From NCBI RefSeq assembly GCF_009914755.1, contig NC_060941.1: DNA of 64,000 nucleotides, one strand, 5' to 3'. Each line of letters opens with the position of its first letter. The stretch's first letter is position 1. Origin of the DNA: the human T2T-CHM13v2.0 reference genome, Homo sapiens. The translations under genes were made by a program, and so were the position numbers. The notes under the pieces are model-generated. The model was not told where the DNA came from. It did not search any database and was given only the letters and a program-made list of their open reading frames with translations. This document shows, piece after piece, positions 11,701 to 26,700 of this stretch.

Positions 11701-14700
11701 TTGTGGTGGAAAAGGAAATATCTTCACCTAAATACTAGATAGAAGCATTCTCAGAAACTGCTTTGTGATGATTGCATTCACCTCACAGAGTTGAACATTC
11801 CTATTGATAGAGCAGTTTGGAAACACTCTTGTTGTGGAATGTGCAAGTGGAGATTTGGAGCGCTTTGAGGCCTATGGTAGTAAAGGGAATAGCTTCATAG
11901 AAAAACTAGACAGAAGCATTCTCAGAAAATACTTTGTGATGATTGAGTTTAACTCACAGAGCTGAACATTCCTTTGGATGGAGCAGGTTTGAGACACACT
12001 TTTTGTAGAATCTACAAGTGGATATTTGGACCTCTCTGAGGATTTCGTTGGAAACGGGATAACTGCACCTAACTAAACGGAAGCATTCTCAGAAACTTCT
12101 TGGTGATGTTTGCATTCAAATGCCAGAGTTGAACCTTCCTTTGATAGTTCAGGTTTGAAACACTCTTTTTGTAGGATCTGCAAGTGGATATTTGGACCAC
12201 TCTGTGGCCTTCGTTCGAAACGGGTATATCTTCGCATAAAATCTAGACAGAAGCCTTCTCAGAAACTTCTCTGTGATGATTGCATTCAACTCACAGAGTT
12301 GAACCCTCCTATGGATAGAGCAGTGTTGAAACTCTCTTTTTGTGGAATCTGCAAGTGGATATGTGGACCTCTCCGAAGATGTCTTTGGAAACGGGAATAT
12401 CTTCACATAAAAACTAAACAGAAGCATTCTCAGAAACTTCTCTGTGATGTTTGTGTTCAACTCCCAGAGTTTCACATTGCTTTTCATAGAGTAGTTCTGA
12501 AACATGCTTTTCGTAGTGTCTACAAGTGGACATTTGGAGCGCTTTCAGGCCTGTGGTGGAAAATGAATTATGGTCACATAAAAACTGGAGAGAAGCATTG
12601 TCAGAAACTTCTTTGTGATGATTGCATTCAACTCACAGAGTTGAAGGTTCCTTTTCAAAGAGCAGTTTCCAATCACTCTTTGTGTGGAATCTGCAAGTGG
12701 ATATTTGGACCTATTTTGAAGATTTCGTTGGAAACGGGAGAATCTTCACAGGAAAGCTAAACAGAAGCATTCTCAGAAACTTCTTTGTGATGCTTGCATT
12801 CAACTCACAGAGTTGAACTTTCCTTTCGAGAGAGAAGCTTTGAAACACTCTTTTTCCAGAATCTGCAAGTGGACATTTGGAGGGCTTTGAGGCCTGTGGT
12901 GGAAAAGGAATTATCTTCCCGTAAAAGCTAGATAGAAGCATTCTCAGAAACTACTTTGTGATGATTGCATTCAAGTCACAGAGTTGAACATTCCCTTTGA
13001 CAGAGCAGTTTGGAAACTCTCTTTGTGTAGAATCTGCAAGTGGAGATATGGACCGCTTTGAGGCCTATGGTAGTAAAGGAAATAGCTTCATATAAAAGCT
13101 AGACAGTAGCATTCACAGAAAACTCTTGGTGACGACTGAGTTTAACTCACAGAGCTGAACATTCCTTTGGATGGAGCAGTTTCGAAACACACTATTTGTA
13201 GAATGTGCAAGTGGATATTTGGGCCTCTCTGAGGATTTCGTTGGAAACGGGATAAACCGCACAGAACTAAACAGAAGCATTCTCAGAACCTTCTTCGTGA
13301 TGTTTGCATTCAACTCACAGTGTTGAACCTTTCTTTGATAGTTCAGGTTTGAAACGGTCTTTCTGTAGAAACTGCAAGTAGATATTTGGACCTCTCTGAG
13401 GATTTCGTTGGAAACGGGATAACCCGCACAGAACTAAAACAGAAGCATTCTCAGAACCCTCTTCGTGATGTTTGCATTCAACTCACAGTGCTGAACCTTT
13501 CTTTGATAGTTCAGCTTTGAAACACTCTTTTTGTAGAAACTGCAAGTGGATATTTGGTCCTCTCTGAGCATTTCGTTGGAAACGGGATAAACTGCACAGA
13601 ACTAAACAGAAGCATTCTCAGAACCTTCTTCGTGATGTCTGCATTCAACTCACAGTGTGGAACCTTTCTTTGATAGTTCAGGTTTGAAACACTCTTTTTG
13701 TAGAAACTGCAAGGGGATAATTGCACTCTTTGAGGAGTACCGTAGTAAAGGAAATAACTTCCTATAAAAAGAAGACAGAAGCTTTCTCAGAAAATTCTTT
13801 GGGATGATTGAGTTGAACTCACAGAGCTGAGCATTCCTTGCGATGTAGCAGTTTAGAAACACACTTTCTGCAGAATCTGCAAGTGCATATTTGGACCTCT
13901 GTGAGGAATTCGTTGGAAACGGGATAATTTCAGCTGACTAAACAGAAGCAGTCTCAGAATCTTCTTTGTGATGTTTGCATTCAAATCCCCGAGTTGAACT
14001 TTCCTTTCAAAGTTCACGTTTGAAACACTCTTTTTGCAGGATCTACAAGTGGATATTTGGACCACTCTGTGTCCTTCGTTCGAAACGGGTATATCTTCAC
14101 ATGACATCTAGACAGAAGCATCCTCAGAAGCTTCTCTGTGATGACTGCATTCAACTCACGGAGTTGAACACTCCTTTTGAGAGCGCAGTTTTGAAACTCT
14201 CTTTCTGTGGCATCTGCAAGGGGACATGTAGACCTCTTTGAAGATTTCGTTGGAAACGGAATCATCTTCACATAAAAACTATACAGATGCATTCTCAGGA
14301 ACTTTTTGGTGATGTTTGTATTCAACTCCCAGAGTTGAACTTTCCTTTGGAAAGAGCAGCTATGAAACACTCTTTTTCTAGAATCTGCAAGTGGACGTTT
14401 GGAGGGCTTTGTGGTTTGTGGTGGAAAAGGAAATATCTTCACCTAAATACTAGATAGAAGCATTCTCAGAAACTGCTTTGTGATGATTGCATTCACCTCA
14501 CAGAGTTGAACATTCCTATTGATAGAGCAGTTTGGAAACACTCTTGTTGTGGAATGTGCAAGTGGAGATTTGGAGCGCTTTGAGGCCTATGGTAGTAAAG
14601 GGAATAGCTTCATAGAAAAACTAGACAGAAGCATTCTCAGAAAATACTTTGTGATGATTGAGTTTAACTCACAGAGCTGAACATTCCTTTGGATGGAGCA

Positions 14701-17700
14701 GGTTTGAGACACACTTTTTGTAGAATCTACAAGTGGATATTTGGACCTCTCTGAGGATTTCGTTGGAAACGGGATAACTGCACCTAACTAAACGGAAGCA
14801 TTCTCAGAAACTTCTTGGTGATGTTTGCATTCAAATCCCAGAGTTGAACCTTCCTTTGATAGTTCAGGTTTGAAACACTCTTTTTGTAGGATCTGCAAGT
14901 GGATATTTGGACCACTCTGTGGCCTTCGTTCGAAACGGGTATATCTTCGCATAAAATCTAGACAGAAGCCTTCTCAGAAACTTCTCTGTGATGATTGCAT
15001 TCAACTCACAGAGTTGAACCCTCCTATGGATAGAGCAGTGTTGAAACTCTCTTTTTGTGGAATCTGCAAGTGGATATGTGGACCTCTCCGAAGATGTCTT
15101 TGGAAACGGGAATATCTTCACATAAAAACTAAACAGAAGCATTCTCAGAAACTTCTCTGTGATGTTTGTGTTCAACTCCCAGAGTTTCACATTGCTTTTC
15201 ATAGAGTAGTTCTGAAACATGCTTTTCGTAGTGTCTACAAGTGGACATTTGGAGCGCTTTCAGGCCTGTGGTGGAAAACGAATTATGGTCACATAAAAAC
15301 TGGAGAGAAGCATTGTCAGAAACTTCTTTGTGATGATTGCATTCAACTCACAGAGTTGAAGGTTCCTTTTCAAAGAGCAGTTTCCAATCACTCTTTGTGT
15401 GGAATCTGCAAGTGGATATTTGGACCTATTTTGAAGATTTCGTTGGAAATGGGAGAATCTTCACAGGAAAGCTAAACAGAAGCATTCTCAGAAACTTCTT
15501 TGTGATGCTTGCATTCAACTCACAGAGTTGAACTTTCCTTTCGAGAGAGAAGCTTTGAAACACTCTTTTTCCAGAATCTGCAAGTGGACATTTGGAGGGC
15601 TTTGAGGCCTGTGGTGGAAAAGGAATTATCTTCCCGTAAAAGCTAGATAGAAGCATTCTCAGAAACTACTTTGTGATGATTGCATTCAAGTCACAGAGTT
15701 GAACATTCCCTTTGACAGAGCAGTTTGGAAACTCTCTTTGTGTAGAATCTGCAAGTGGAGATATGGACCGCTTTGAGGCCTATGGTAGTAAAGGAAATAG
15801 CTTCATATAAAAGCTAGACAGTAGCATTCACAGAAAACTCTTGGTGACGACTGAGTTTAACTCACAGAGCTGAACATTCCTTTGGATGGAGCAGTTTCGA
15901 AACACACTATTTGTAGAATGTGCAAGTGGATATTTGGGCCTCTCTGAGGATTTCGTTGGAAACGGGATAAACCGCACAGAACTAAACAGAAGCATTCTCA
16001 GAACCTTCTTCGTGATGTTTGCATTCAACTCACAGTGTTGAACCTTTCTTTGATAGTTCAGGTTTGAAACGGTCTTTCTGTAGAAACTGCAAGTAGATAT
16101 TTGGACCTCTCTGAGGATTTCGTTGGAAACGGGATAACCCGCACAGAACTAAAACAGAAGCATTCTCAGAACCCTCTTCGTGATGTTTGCATTCAACTCA
16201 TAGTGCTGAACCTTTCTTTGATAGTTCAGCTTTGAAACACTCTTTTTGTAGAAACTGCAAGTGGATATTTGGTCCTCTCTGAGCATTTCGTTGGAAACGG
16301 GATAAACTGCACAGAACTAAACAGAAGCATTCTCAGAACCTTCTTCGTGATGTCTGCATTCAACTCACAGTGTGGAACCTTTCTTTGATAGTTCAGGTTT
16401 GAAACACTCTTTCTGTAGAAACTGCAAGGGGATAATTGCACTCTTTGAGGAGTACCGTAGTAAAGGAAATAACTTCCTATAAAAAGAAGACAGAAGCTTT
16501 CTCAGAAAATTCTTTGGGATGATTGAGTTGAACTCACAGAGCTGAGCATTCCTTGCGATGTAGCAGTTTAGAAACACACTTTCTGCAGAATCTGCAAGTG
16601 CATATTTGGACCTCTGTGAGGAATTCGTTGGAAACGGGATAATTTCAGCTGACTAAACAGAAGCAGTCTCAGAATCTTCTTTGTGATGTTTGCATTCAAA
16701 TCCCAGAGTTGAACTTTCCTTTCAAAGTTCACGTTTGAAACACTCTTTTTGCAGGATCTACAAGTGGATATTTGGACCACTCTGTGTCCTTCGTTCGAAA
16801 CGGGTATATCTTCACATGACATCTAGACAGAAGCATCCTCAGAAGCTTCTCTGTGATGACTGCATTCAACTCACGGAGTTGAACACTCCTTTTGAGAGCG
16901 CAGTTTTGAAACTCTCTTTCTGTGGCATCTGCAAGGGGACATGTAGACCTCTTTGAAGATTTCGTTGGAAACGGAATCATCTTCACATAAAAACTATACA
17001 GATGCATTCTCAGGAACTTTTTGGTGATGTTTGTATTCAACTCCCAGAGTTGAACTTTCCTTTGGAAAGAGCAGCTATGAAACACTCTTTTTCTAGAATC
17101 TGCAAGTGGACGTTTGGAGGGCTTTGTGGTTTGTGGTGGAAAAGGAAATATCTTCACCTAAATACTAGATAGAAGCATTCTCAGAAACTGCTTTGTGATG
17201 ATTTCATTCACCTCACAGAGTTGAACATTCCTATTGATAGAGCAGTTTGGAAACACTCTTGTTGTGGAATGTGCAAGTGGAGATTTGGAGCGCTTTGAGG
17301 CCTATGGTAGTAAAGGGAATAGCTTCATAGAAAAACAAGGCAGAAGCATTCTCAGAAAATACTTTGTGATGATTGAGTTTAACTCACAGAGCTGAACATT
17401 CCTTTGGATGGAGCAGGTTTGAGACACACTTTTTGTAGAATCTACAAGTGGATATTTGGACCTCTCTGAGGATTTCGTTGGAAACGCGATAACTGCACCT
17501 AACTAAACGGAAGCATTCTCAGAAACTTCTTGGTGATGTTTGCATTCAAATGCCAGAGTTGAACCTTCCTTTGATAGTTCAGGTTTGAAACACTCTTTTT
17601 GTAGGATCTGCAAGTGGATATTTGGACCACTCTGTGGCCTTCGTTCGAAACGGGTATATCTTCGCATAAAATCTAGACAGAAGCCTTCTCAGAAACTTCT

Positions 17701-20700
17701 CTGTGATGATTGCATTCAACTCACAGAGTTGAACCCTCCTATGGATAGAGCAGTGTTGAAACTCTCTTTTTGTGGAATCTGCAAGTGGATATGTGGACCT
17801 CTCCGAAGATGTCTTTGGAAACGGGAATATCTTCACATAAAAACTAAACAGAAGCATTCTCAGAAACTTCTCTGTGATGTTTGTGTTCAACTCCCAGAGT
17901 TTCACATTGCTTTTCATAGAGTAGTTCTGAAACATGCTTTTCGTAGTGTCTACAAGTGGACATTTGGAGCGCTTTCAGGCCTGTGGTGGAAAACGAATTA
18001 TGGTCACATAAAAACTGGAGAGAAGCATTGTCAGAAACTTCTTTGTGATGATTGCATTCAACTCACAGAGTTGAAGGTTCCTTTTCAAAGAGCAGTTTCC
18101 AATCACTCTTTCTGTGGAATCTGCAAGTGGATATTTGGACCTATTTTGAAGATTTCGTTGGAAACGGGAGAATCTTCACAGGAAAGCTAAACAGAAGCAT
18201 TCTCAGAAACTTCTTTGTGATGCTTGCATTCAACTCACAGAGTTGAACTTTCCTTTCGAGAGAGAAGCTTTGAAACACTCTTTTTCCAGAATCTGCAAGT
18301 GGACATTTGGAGGGCTTTGAGGCCTGTGGTGGAAAAGGAATTATCTTCCCGTAAAAGCTAGATAGAAGCATTCTCAGAAACTACTTTGTGATGATTGCAT
18401 TCAAGTCACAGAGTTGAACATTCCCTTTGACAGAGCAGTTTGGAAACTCTCTTTGTGTAGAATCTGCAAGTGGAGATATGGACCGCTTTGAGGCCTATGG
18501 TAGTAAAGGAAATAGCTTCATATAAAAGCTAGACAGTAGCATTCACAGAAAACTCTTGGTGACGACTGAGTTTAACTCACAGAGCTGAACATTCCTTTGG
18601 ATGGAGCAGTTTCGAAACACACTATTTGTAGAATGTGCAAGTGGATATTTGGGCCTCTCTGAGGATTTCGTTGGAAACGGGATAAACCGCACAGAACTAA
18701 ACAGAAGCATTCTCAGAACCTTCTTCGTGATGTTTGCATTCAACTCACAGTGTTGAACCTTTCTTTGATAGTTCAGGTTTGAAACGGTCTTTCTGTAGAA
18801 ACTGCAAGTAGATATTTGGACCTCTCTGAGGATTTCGTTGGAAACGGGATAACCCGCACAGAACTAAAACAGAAGCATTCTCAGAACCCTCTTCGTGATG
18901 TTTGCATTCAACTCACAGTGCTGAACCTTTCTTTGATAGTTCAGCTTTGAAACACTCTTTTTGTAGAAACTGCAAGTGGATATTTGGTCCTCTCTGAGCA
19001 TTTCGTTGGAAACGGGATAAACTGCACAGAACTAAACAGAAGCATTCTCAGAACCTTCTTCGTGATGTCTGCATTCAACTCACAGTGTGGAACCTTTCTT
19101 TGATAGTTCAGGTTTGAAACACTCTTTCTGTAGAAACTGCAAGGGGATAATTGCACTCTTTGAGGAGTACCGTAGTAAAGGAAATAACTTCCTATAAAAA
19201 GAAGACAGAAGCTTTCTCAGAAAATTCTTTGGGATGATTGAGTTGAACTCACAGAGCTGAGCATTCCTTGCGATGTAGCAGTTTAGAAACACACTTTCTG
19301 CAGAATCTGCAAGTGCATATTTGGACCTCTGTGAGGAATTCGTTGGAAACGGGATAATTTCAGCTGACTAAACAGAAGCAGTCTCAGAATCTTCTTTGTG
19401 ATGTTTGCATTCAAATCCCCGAGTTGAACTTTCCTTTCAAAGTTCACGTTTGAAACACTCTTTTTGCAGGATCTACAAGTGGATATTTGGACCACTCTGT
19501 GTCCTTCGTTCGAAACGGGTATATCTTCACATGACATCTAGACAGAAGCATCCTCAGAAGCTTCTCTGTGATGACTGCATTCAACTCACGGAGTTGAACA
19601 CTCCTTTTGAGAGCGCAGTTTTGAAACTCTCTTTCTGTGGCATCTGCAAGGGGACATGTAGACCTCTTTGAAGATTTCGTTGGAAACGGAATCATCTTCA
19701 CATAAAAACTACACAGATGCATTCTCAGGAACTTTTTGGTGATGTTTGTATTCAACTCCCAGAGTTGAACTTTCCTTTGGAAAGAGCAGCTATGAAACAC
19801 TCTTTTTCTAGAATCTGCAAGTGGACGTTTGGAGGGCTTTGTGGTTTGTGGTGGAAAAGGAAATATCTTCACCTAAATACTAGATAGAAGCATTCTCAGA
19901 AACTGCTTTGTGATGATTGCATTCACCTCACAGAGTTGAACATTCCTATTGATAGAGCAGTTTGGAAACACTCTTGTTGTGGAATGTGCAAGTGGAGATT
20001 TGGAGCGCTTTGAGGCCTATGGTAGTAAAGGGAATAGCTTCATAGAAAAACTAGACAGAAGCATTCTCAGAAAATACTTTGTGATGATTGAGTTTAACTC
20101 ACAGAGCTGAACATTCCTTTGGATGGAGCAGGTTTGAGACACACTTTTTGTAGAATCTACAAGTGGATATTTGGACCTCTCTGAGGATTTCGTTGGAAAC
20201 GGGATAACTGCACCTAACTAAACGGAAGCATTCTCAGAAACTTCTTGGTGATGTTTGCATTCAAATCCCAGAGTCGAACCTTCCTTTGATAGTTCAGGTT
20301 TGAAACACTCTTTTTGTAGGATCTGCAAGTGGATATTTGGACCACTCTGTGGCCTTCGTTCGAAACGGGTATATCTTCGCATAAAATCTAGACAGAAGCC
20401 TTCTCAGAAACTTCTCTGTGATGATTGCATTCAACTCACAGAGTTGAACCCTCCTATGGATAGAGCAGTGTTGAAACTCTCTTTTTGTGGAATCTGCAAG
20501 TGGATATGTGGACCTCTCCGAAGATGTCTTTGGAAACGGGAATATCTTCACATAAAAACTAAACAGAAGCATTCTCAGAAACTTCTCTGTGATGTTTGTG
20601 TTCAACTCCCAGAGTTTCACATTGCTTTTCATAGAGTAGTTCTGAAACATGCTTTTCGTAGTGTCTACAAGTGGACATTTGGAGCGCTTTCAGGCCTGTG

Positions 20701-23700
20701 GTGGAAAACGAATTATGGTCACATAAAAACTGGAGAGAAGCATTGTCAGAAACTTCTTTGTGATGATTGCATTCAACTCACAGAGTTGAAGGTTCCTTTT
20801 CAAAGAGCAGTTTCCAATCACTCTTTCTGTGGAATCTGCAAGTGGATATTTGGACCTATTTTGAAGATTTCGTTGGAAACGGGAGAATCTTCACAGGAAA
20901 GCTAAACAGAAGCATTCTCAGAAACTTCTTTGTGATGCTTGCATTCAACTCACAGAGTTGAACTTTCCTTTCGAGAGAGAAGCTTTGAAACACTCTTTTT
21001 CCAGAATCTGCAAGTGGACATTTGGAGGGCTTTGAGGCCTGTGGTGGAAAAGGAATTATCTTCCCGTAAAAGCTAGATAGAAGCATTCTCAGAAACTACT
21101 TTGTGATGATTGCATTCAAGTCACAGAGTTGAACATTCCCTTTGACAGAGCAGTTTGGAAACTCTCTTTGTGTAGAATCTGCAAGTGGAGATATGGACCG
21201 CTTTGAGGCCTATGGTAGTAAAGGAAATAGCTTCATATAAAAGCTAGACAGTAGCATTCACAGAAAACTCTTGGTGACGACTGAGTTTAACTCACAGAGC
21301 TGAACATTCCTTTGGATGGAGCAGTTTCGAAACACACTATTTGTAGAATGTGCAAGTGGATATTTGGGCCTCTCTGAGGATTTCGTTGGAAACGGGATAA
21401 ACCGCACAGAACTAAACAGAAGCATTCTCAGAACCTTCTTCGTGATGTTTGCATTCAACTCACAGTGTTGAACCTTTCTTTGATAGTTCAGGTTTGAAAC
21501 GGTCTTTCTGTAGAAACTGCAAGTAGATATTTGGACCTCTCTGAGGATTTCGTTGGAAACGGGATAACCCGCACAGAACTAAAACAGAAGCATTCTCAGA
21601 ACCCTCTTCGTGATGTTTGCATTCAACTCACAGTGCTGAACCTTTCTTTGATAGTTCAGCTTTGAAACACTCTTTTTGTAGAAACTGCAAGTGGATATTT
21701 GGTCCTCTCTGAGCATTTCGTTGGAAACGGGATAAACTGCACAGAACTAAACAGAAGCATTCTCAGAACCTTCTTCGTGATGTCTGCATTCAACTCACAG
21801 TGTGGAACCTTTCTTTGATAGTTCAGGTTTGAAACACTCTTTTTGTAGAAACTGCAAGGGGATAATTGCACTCTTTGAGGAGTACCGTAGTAAAGGAAAT
21901 AACTTCCTATAAAAAGAAGACAGAAGCTTTCTCAGAAAATTCTTTGGGATGATTGAGTTGAACTCACAGAGCTGAGCATTCCTTGCGATGTAGCAGTTTA
22001 GAAACACACTTTCTGCAGAATCTGCAAGTGCATATTTGGACCTCTGTGAGGAATTCGTTGGAAACGGGATAATTTCAGCTGACTAAACAGAAGCAGTCTC
22101 AGAATCTTCTTTGTGATGTTTGCATTCAAATCCCCGAGTTGAACTTTCCTTTCAAAGTTCACGTTTGAAACACTCTTTTTGCAGGATCTACAAGTGGATA
22201 TTTGGACCACTCTGTGTCCTTCGTTCGAAACGGGTATATCTTCACATGAAATCTAGACAGAAGCATCCTCAGAAGCTTCTCTGTGATGACTGCATTCAAC
22301 TCACGGAGTTGAACACTCCTTTTGAGAGCGCAGTTTTGAAACTCTCTTTCTGTGGCATCTGCAAGGGGACATGTAGACCTCTTTGAAGATTTCGTTGGAA
22401 ACGGAATCATCTTCACATAAAAACTATACAGATGCATTCTCAGGAACTTTTTGGTGATGTTTGTATTCAACTCCCAGAGTTGAACTTTCCTTTGGAAAGA
22501 GCAGCTATGAAACACTCTTTTTCTAGAATCTGCAAGTGGACGTTTGGAGGGCTTTGTGGTTTGTGGTGGAAAAGGAAATATCTTCACCTAAATACTAGAT
22601 AGAAGCATTCTCAGAAACTGCTTTGTGATGATTGCATTCACCTCACAGAGTTGAACATTCCTATTGATAGAGCAGTTTGGAAACACTCTTGTTGTGGAAT
22701 GTGCAAGTGGAGATTTGGAGCGCTTTGAGGCCTATGGTAGTAAAGGGAATAGCTTCATAGAAAAACTAGACAGAAGCATTCTCAGAAAATACTTTGTGAT
22801 GATTGAGTTTAACTCACAGAGCTGAACATTCCTTTGGATGGAGCAGGTTTGAGACACACTTTTTGTAGAATCTACAAGTGGATATTTGGACCTCTCTGAG
22901 GATTTCGTTGGAAACGGGATAACTGCACCTAACTAAACGGAAGCATTCTCAGAAACTTCTTGGTGATGTTTGCATTCAAATCCCAGAGTCGAACCTTCCT
23001 TTGATAGTTCAGGTTTGAAACACTCTTTTTGTAGGATCTGCAAGTGGATATTTGGACCACTCTGTGGCCTTCGTTCGAAACGGGTATATCTTCGCATAAA
23101 ATCTAGACAGAAGCCTTCTCAGAAACTTCTCTGTGATGATTGCATTCAACTCACAGAGTTGAACCCTCCTATGGATAGAGCAGTGTTGAAACTCTCTTTT
23201 TGTGGAATCTGCAAGTGGATATGTGGACCTCTCCGAAGATGTCTTTGGAAACGGGAATATCTTCACATAAAAACTAAACAGAAGCATTCTCAGAAACTTC
23301 TCTGTGATGTTTGTGTTCAACTCCCAGAGTTTCACATTGCTTTTCATAGAGTAGTTCTGAAACATGCTTTTCGTAGTGTCTACAAGTGGACATTTGGAGC
23401 GCTTTCAGGCCTGTGGTGGAAAACGAATTATGGTCACATAAAAACTGGAGAGAAGCATTGTCAGAAACTTCTTTGTGATGATTGCATTCAACTCACAGAG
23501 TTGAAGGTTCCTTTTCAAAGAGCAGTTTCCAATCACTCTTTCTGTGGAATCTGCAAGTGGATATTTGGACCTATTTTGAAGATTTCGTTGGAAACGGGAG
23601 AATCTTCACAGGAAAGCTAAACAGAAGCATTCTCAGAAACTTCTTTGTGATGCTTGCATTCAACTCACAGAGTTGAACTTTCCTTTCGAGAGAGAAGCTT

Positions 23701-26700
23701 TGAAACACTCTTTTTCCAGAATCTGCAAGTGGACATTTGGAGGGCTTTGAGGCCTGTGGTGGAAAAGGAATTATCTTCCCGTAAAAGCTAGATAGAAGCA
23801 TTCTCAGAAACTACTTTGTGGTGATTGCATTCAAGTCACAGAGTTGAACATTCCCTTTGACAGAGCAGTTTGGAAACTCTCTTTGTGTAGAATCTGCAAG
23901 TGGAGATATGGACCGCTTTGAGGCCTATGGTAGTAAAGGAAATAGCTTCATATAAAAGCTAGACAGTAGCATTCACAGAAAACTCTTGGTGACGACTGAG
24001 TTTAACTCACAGAGCTGAACATTCCTTTGGATGGAGCAGTTTCGAAACACACTATTTGTAGAATGTGCAAGTGGATATTTGGGCCTCTCTGAGGATTTCG
24101 TTGGAAACGGGATAAACCGCACAGAACTAAACAGAAGCATTCTCAGAACCTTCTTCGTGATGTTTGCATTCAACTCACAGTGTTGAACCTTTCTTTGATA
24201 GTTCAGGTTTGAAACGGTCTTTCTGTAGAAACTGCAAGTAGATATTTGGACCTCTCTGAGGATTTCGTTGGAAACGGGATAACCCGCACAGAACTAAAAC
24301 AGAAGCATTCTCAGAACCCTCTTCGTGATGTTTGCATTCAACTCACAGTGCTGAACCTTTCTTTGATAGTTCAGCTTTGAAACACTCTTTTTGTAGAAAC
24401 TGCAAGTGGATATTTGGTCCTCTCTGAGCATTTCGTTGGAAACGGGATAAACTGCACAGAACTAAACAGAAGCATTCTCAGAACCTTCTTCGTGATGTCT
24501 GCATTCAACTCACAGTGTGGAACCTTTCTTTGATAGTTCAGGTTTGAAACACTCTTTCTGTAGAAACTGCAAGGGGATAATTGCACTCTTTGAGGAGTAC
24601 CGTAGTAAAGGAAATAACTTCCTATAAAAAGAAGACAGAAGCTTTCTCAGAAAATTCTTTGGGATGATTGAGTTGAACTCACAGAGCTGAGCATTCCTTG
24701 CGATGTAGCAGTTTAGAAACACACTTTCTGCAGAATCTGCAAGTGCATATTTGGACCTCTGTGAGGAATTCGTTGGAAACGGGATAATTTCAGCTGACTA
24801 AACAGAAGCAGTCTCAGAATCTTCTTTGTGATGTTTGCATTCAAATCCCCGAGTTGAACTTTCCTTTCAAAGTTCACGTTTGAAACACTCTTTTTGCAGG
24901 ATCTACAAGTGGATATTTGGACCACTCTGTGTCCTTCGTTCGAAACGGGTATATCTTCACATGACATCTAGACAGAAGCATCCTCCGAAGCTTCTCTGTG
25001 ATGACTGCATTCAACTCACGGAGTTGAACACTCCTTTTGAGAGCGCAGTTTTGAAACTCTCTTTCTGTGGCATCTGCAAGGGGACATGTAGACCTCTTTG
25101 AAGATTTCGTTGGAAACGGAATCATCTTCACATAAAAACTATACAGATGCATTCTCAGGAACTTTTTGGTGATGTTTGTATTCAACTCCCAGAGTTGAAC
25201 TTTCCTTTGGAAAGAGCAGCTATGAAACACTCTTTTTCTAGAATCTGCAAGTGGACGTTTGGAGGGCTTTGTGGTTTGTGGTGGAAAAGGAAATATCTTC
25301 ACCTAAATACTAGATAGAAGCATTCTCAGAAACTGCTTTGTGATGATTGCATTCACCTCACAGAGTTGAACATTCCTATTGATAGAGCAGTTTGGAAACA
25401 CTCTTGTTGTGGAATGTGCAAGTGGAGATTTGGAGCGCTTTGAGGCCTATGGTAGTAAAGGGAATAGCTTCATAGAAAAACTAGACAGAAGCATTCTCAG
25501 AATATACTTTGTGATGATTGAGTTTAACTCACAGAGCTGAACATTCCTTTGGATGGAGCAGGTTTGAGACACACTTTTTGTAGAATCTACAAGTGGATAT
25601 TTGGACCTCTCTGAGGATTTCGTTGGAAACGGGATAACTGCACCTAACTAAACGGAAGCATTCTCAGAAACTTCTTGGTGATGTTTGCATTCAAATCCCA
25701 GAGTTGAACCTTCCTTTGATAGTTCAGGTTTGAAACACTCTTTTTGTAGGATCTGCAAGTGGATATTTGGACCACTCTGTGGCCTTCGTTCGAAACGGGT
25801 ATATCTTCGCATAAAATCTAGACAGAAGCCTTCTCAGAAACTTCTCTGTGATGATTGCATTCAACTCACAGAGTTGAACCCTCCTATGGATAGAGCAGTG
25901 TTGAAACTCTCTTTTTGTGGAATCTGCAAGTGGATATGTGGACCTCTCCGAAGATGTCTTTGGAAACGGGAATATCTTCACATAAAAACTAAACAGAAGC
26001 ATTCTCAGAAACTTCTCTGTGATGTTTGTGTTCAACTCCCAGAGTTTCACATTGCTTTTCATAGAGTAGTTCTGAAACATGCTTTTCGTAGTGTCTACAA
26101 GTGGACATTTGGAGCGCTTTCAGGCCTGTGGTGGAAAACGAATTATGGTCACATAAAAACTGGAGAGAAGCATTGTCAGAAACTTCTTTGTGATGATTGC
26201 ATTCAACTCACAGAGTTGAAGGTTCCTTTTCAAAGAGCAGTTTCCAATCACTCTTTGTGTGGAATCTGCAAGTGGATATTTGGACCTATTTTGAAGATTT
26301 CGTTGGAAACGGGAGAATCTTCACAGGAAAGCTAAACAGAAGCATTCTCAGAAACTTCTTTGTGATGCTTGCATTCAACTCACAGAGTTGAACTTTCCTT
26401 TCGAGAGAGAAGCTTTGAAACACTCTTTTTCCAGAATCTGCAAGTGGACATTTGGAGGGCTTTGAGGCCTGTGGTGGAAAAGGAATTATCTTCCCGTAAA
26501 AGCTAGATAGAAGCATTCTCAGAAACTACTTTGTGATGATTGCATTCAAGTCACAGAGTTGAACATTCCCTTTGACAGAGCAGTTTGGAAACTCTCTTTG
26601 TGTAGAATCTGCAAGTGGAGATATGGACCGCTTTGAGGCCTATGGTAGTAAAGGAAATAGCTTCATATAAAAGCTACACAGTAGCATTCACAGAAAACTC

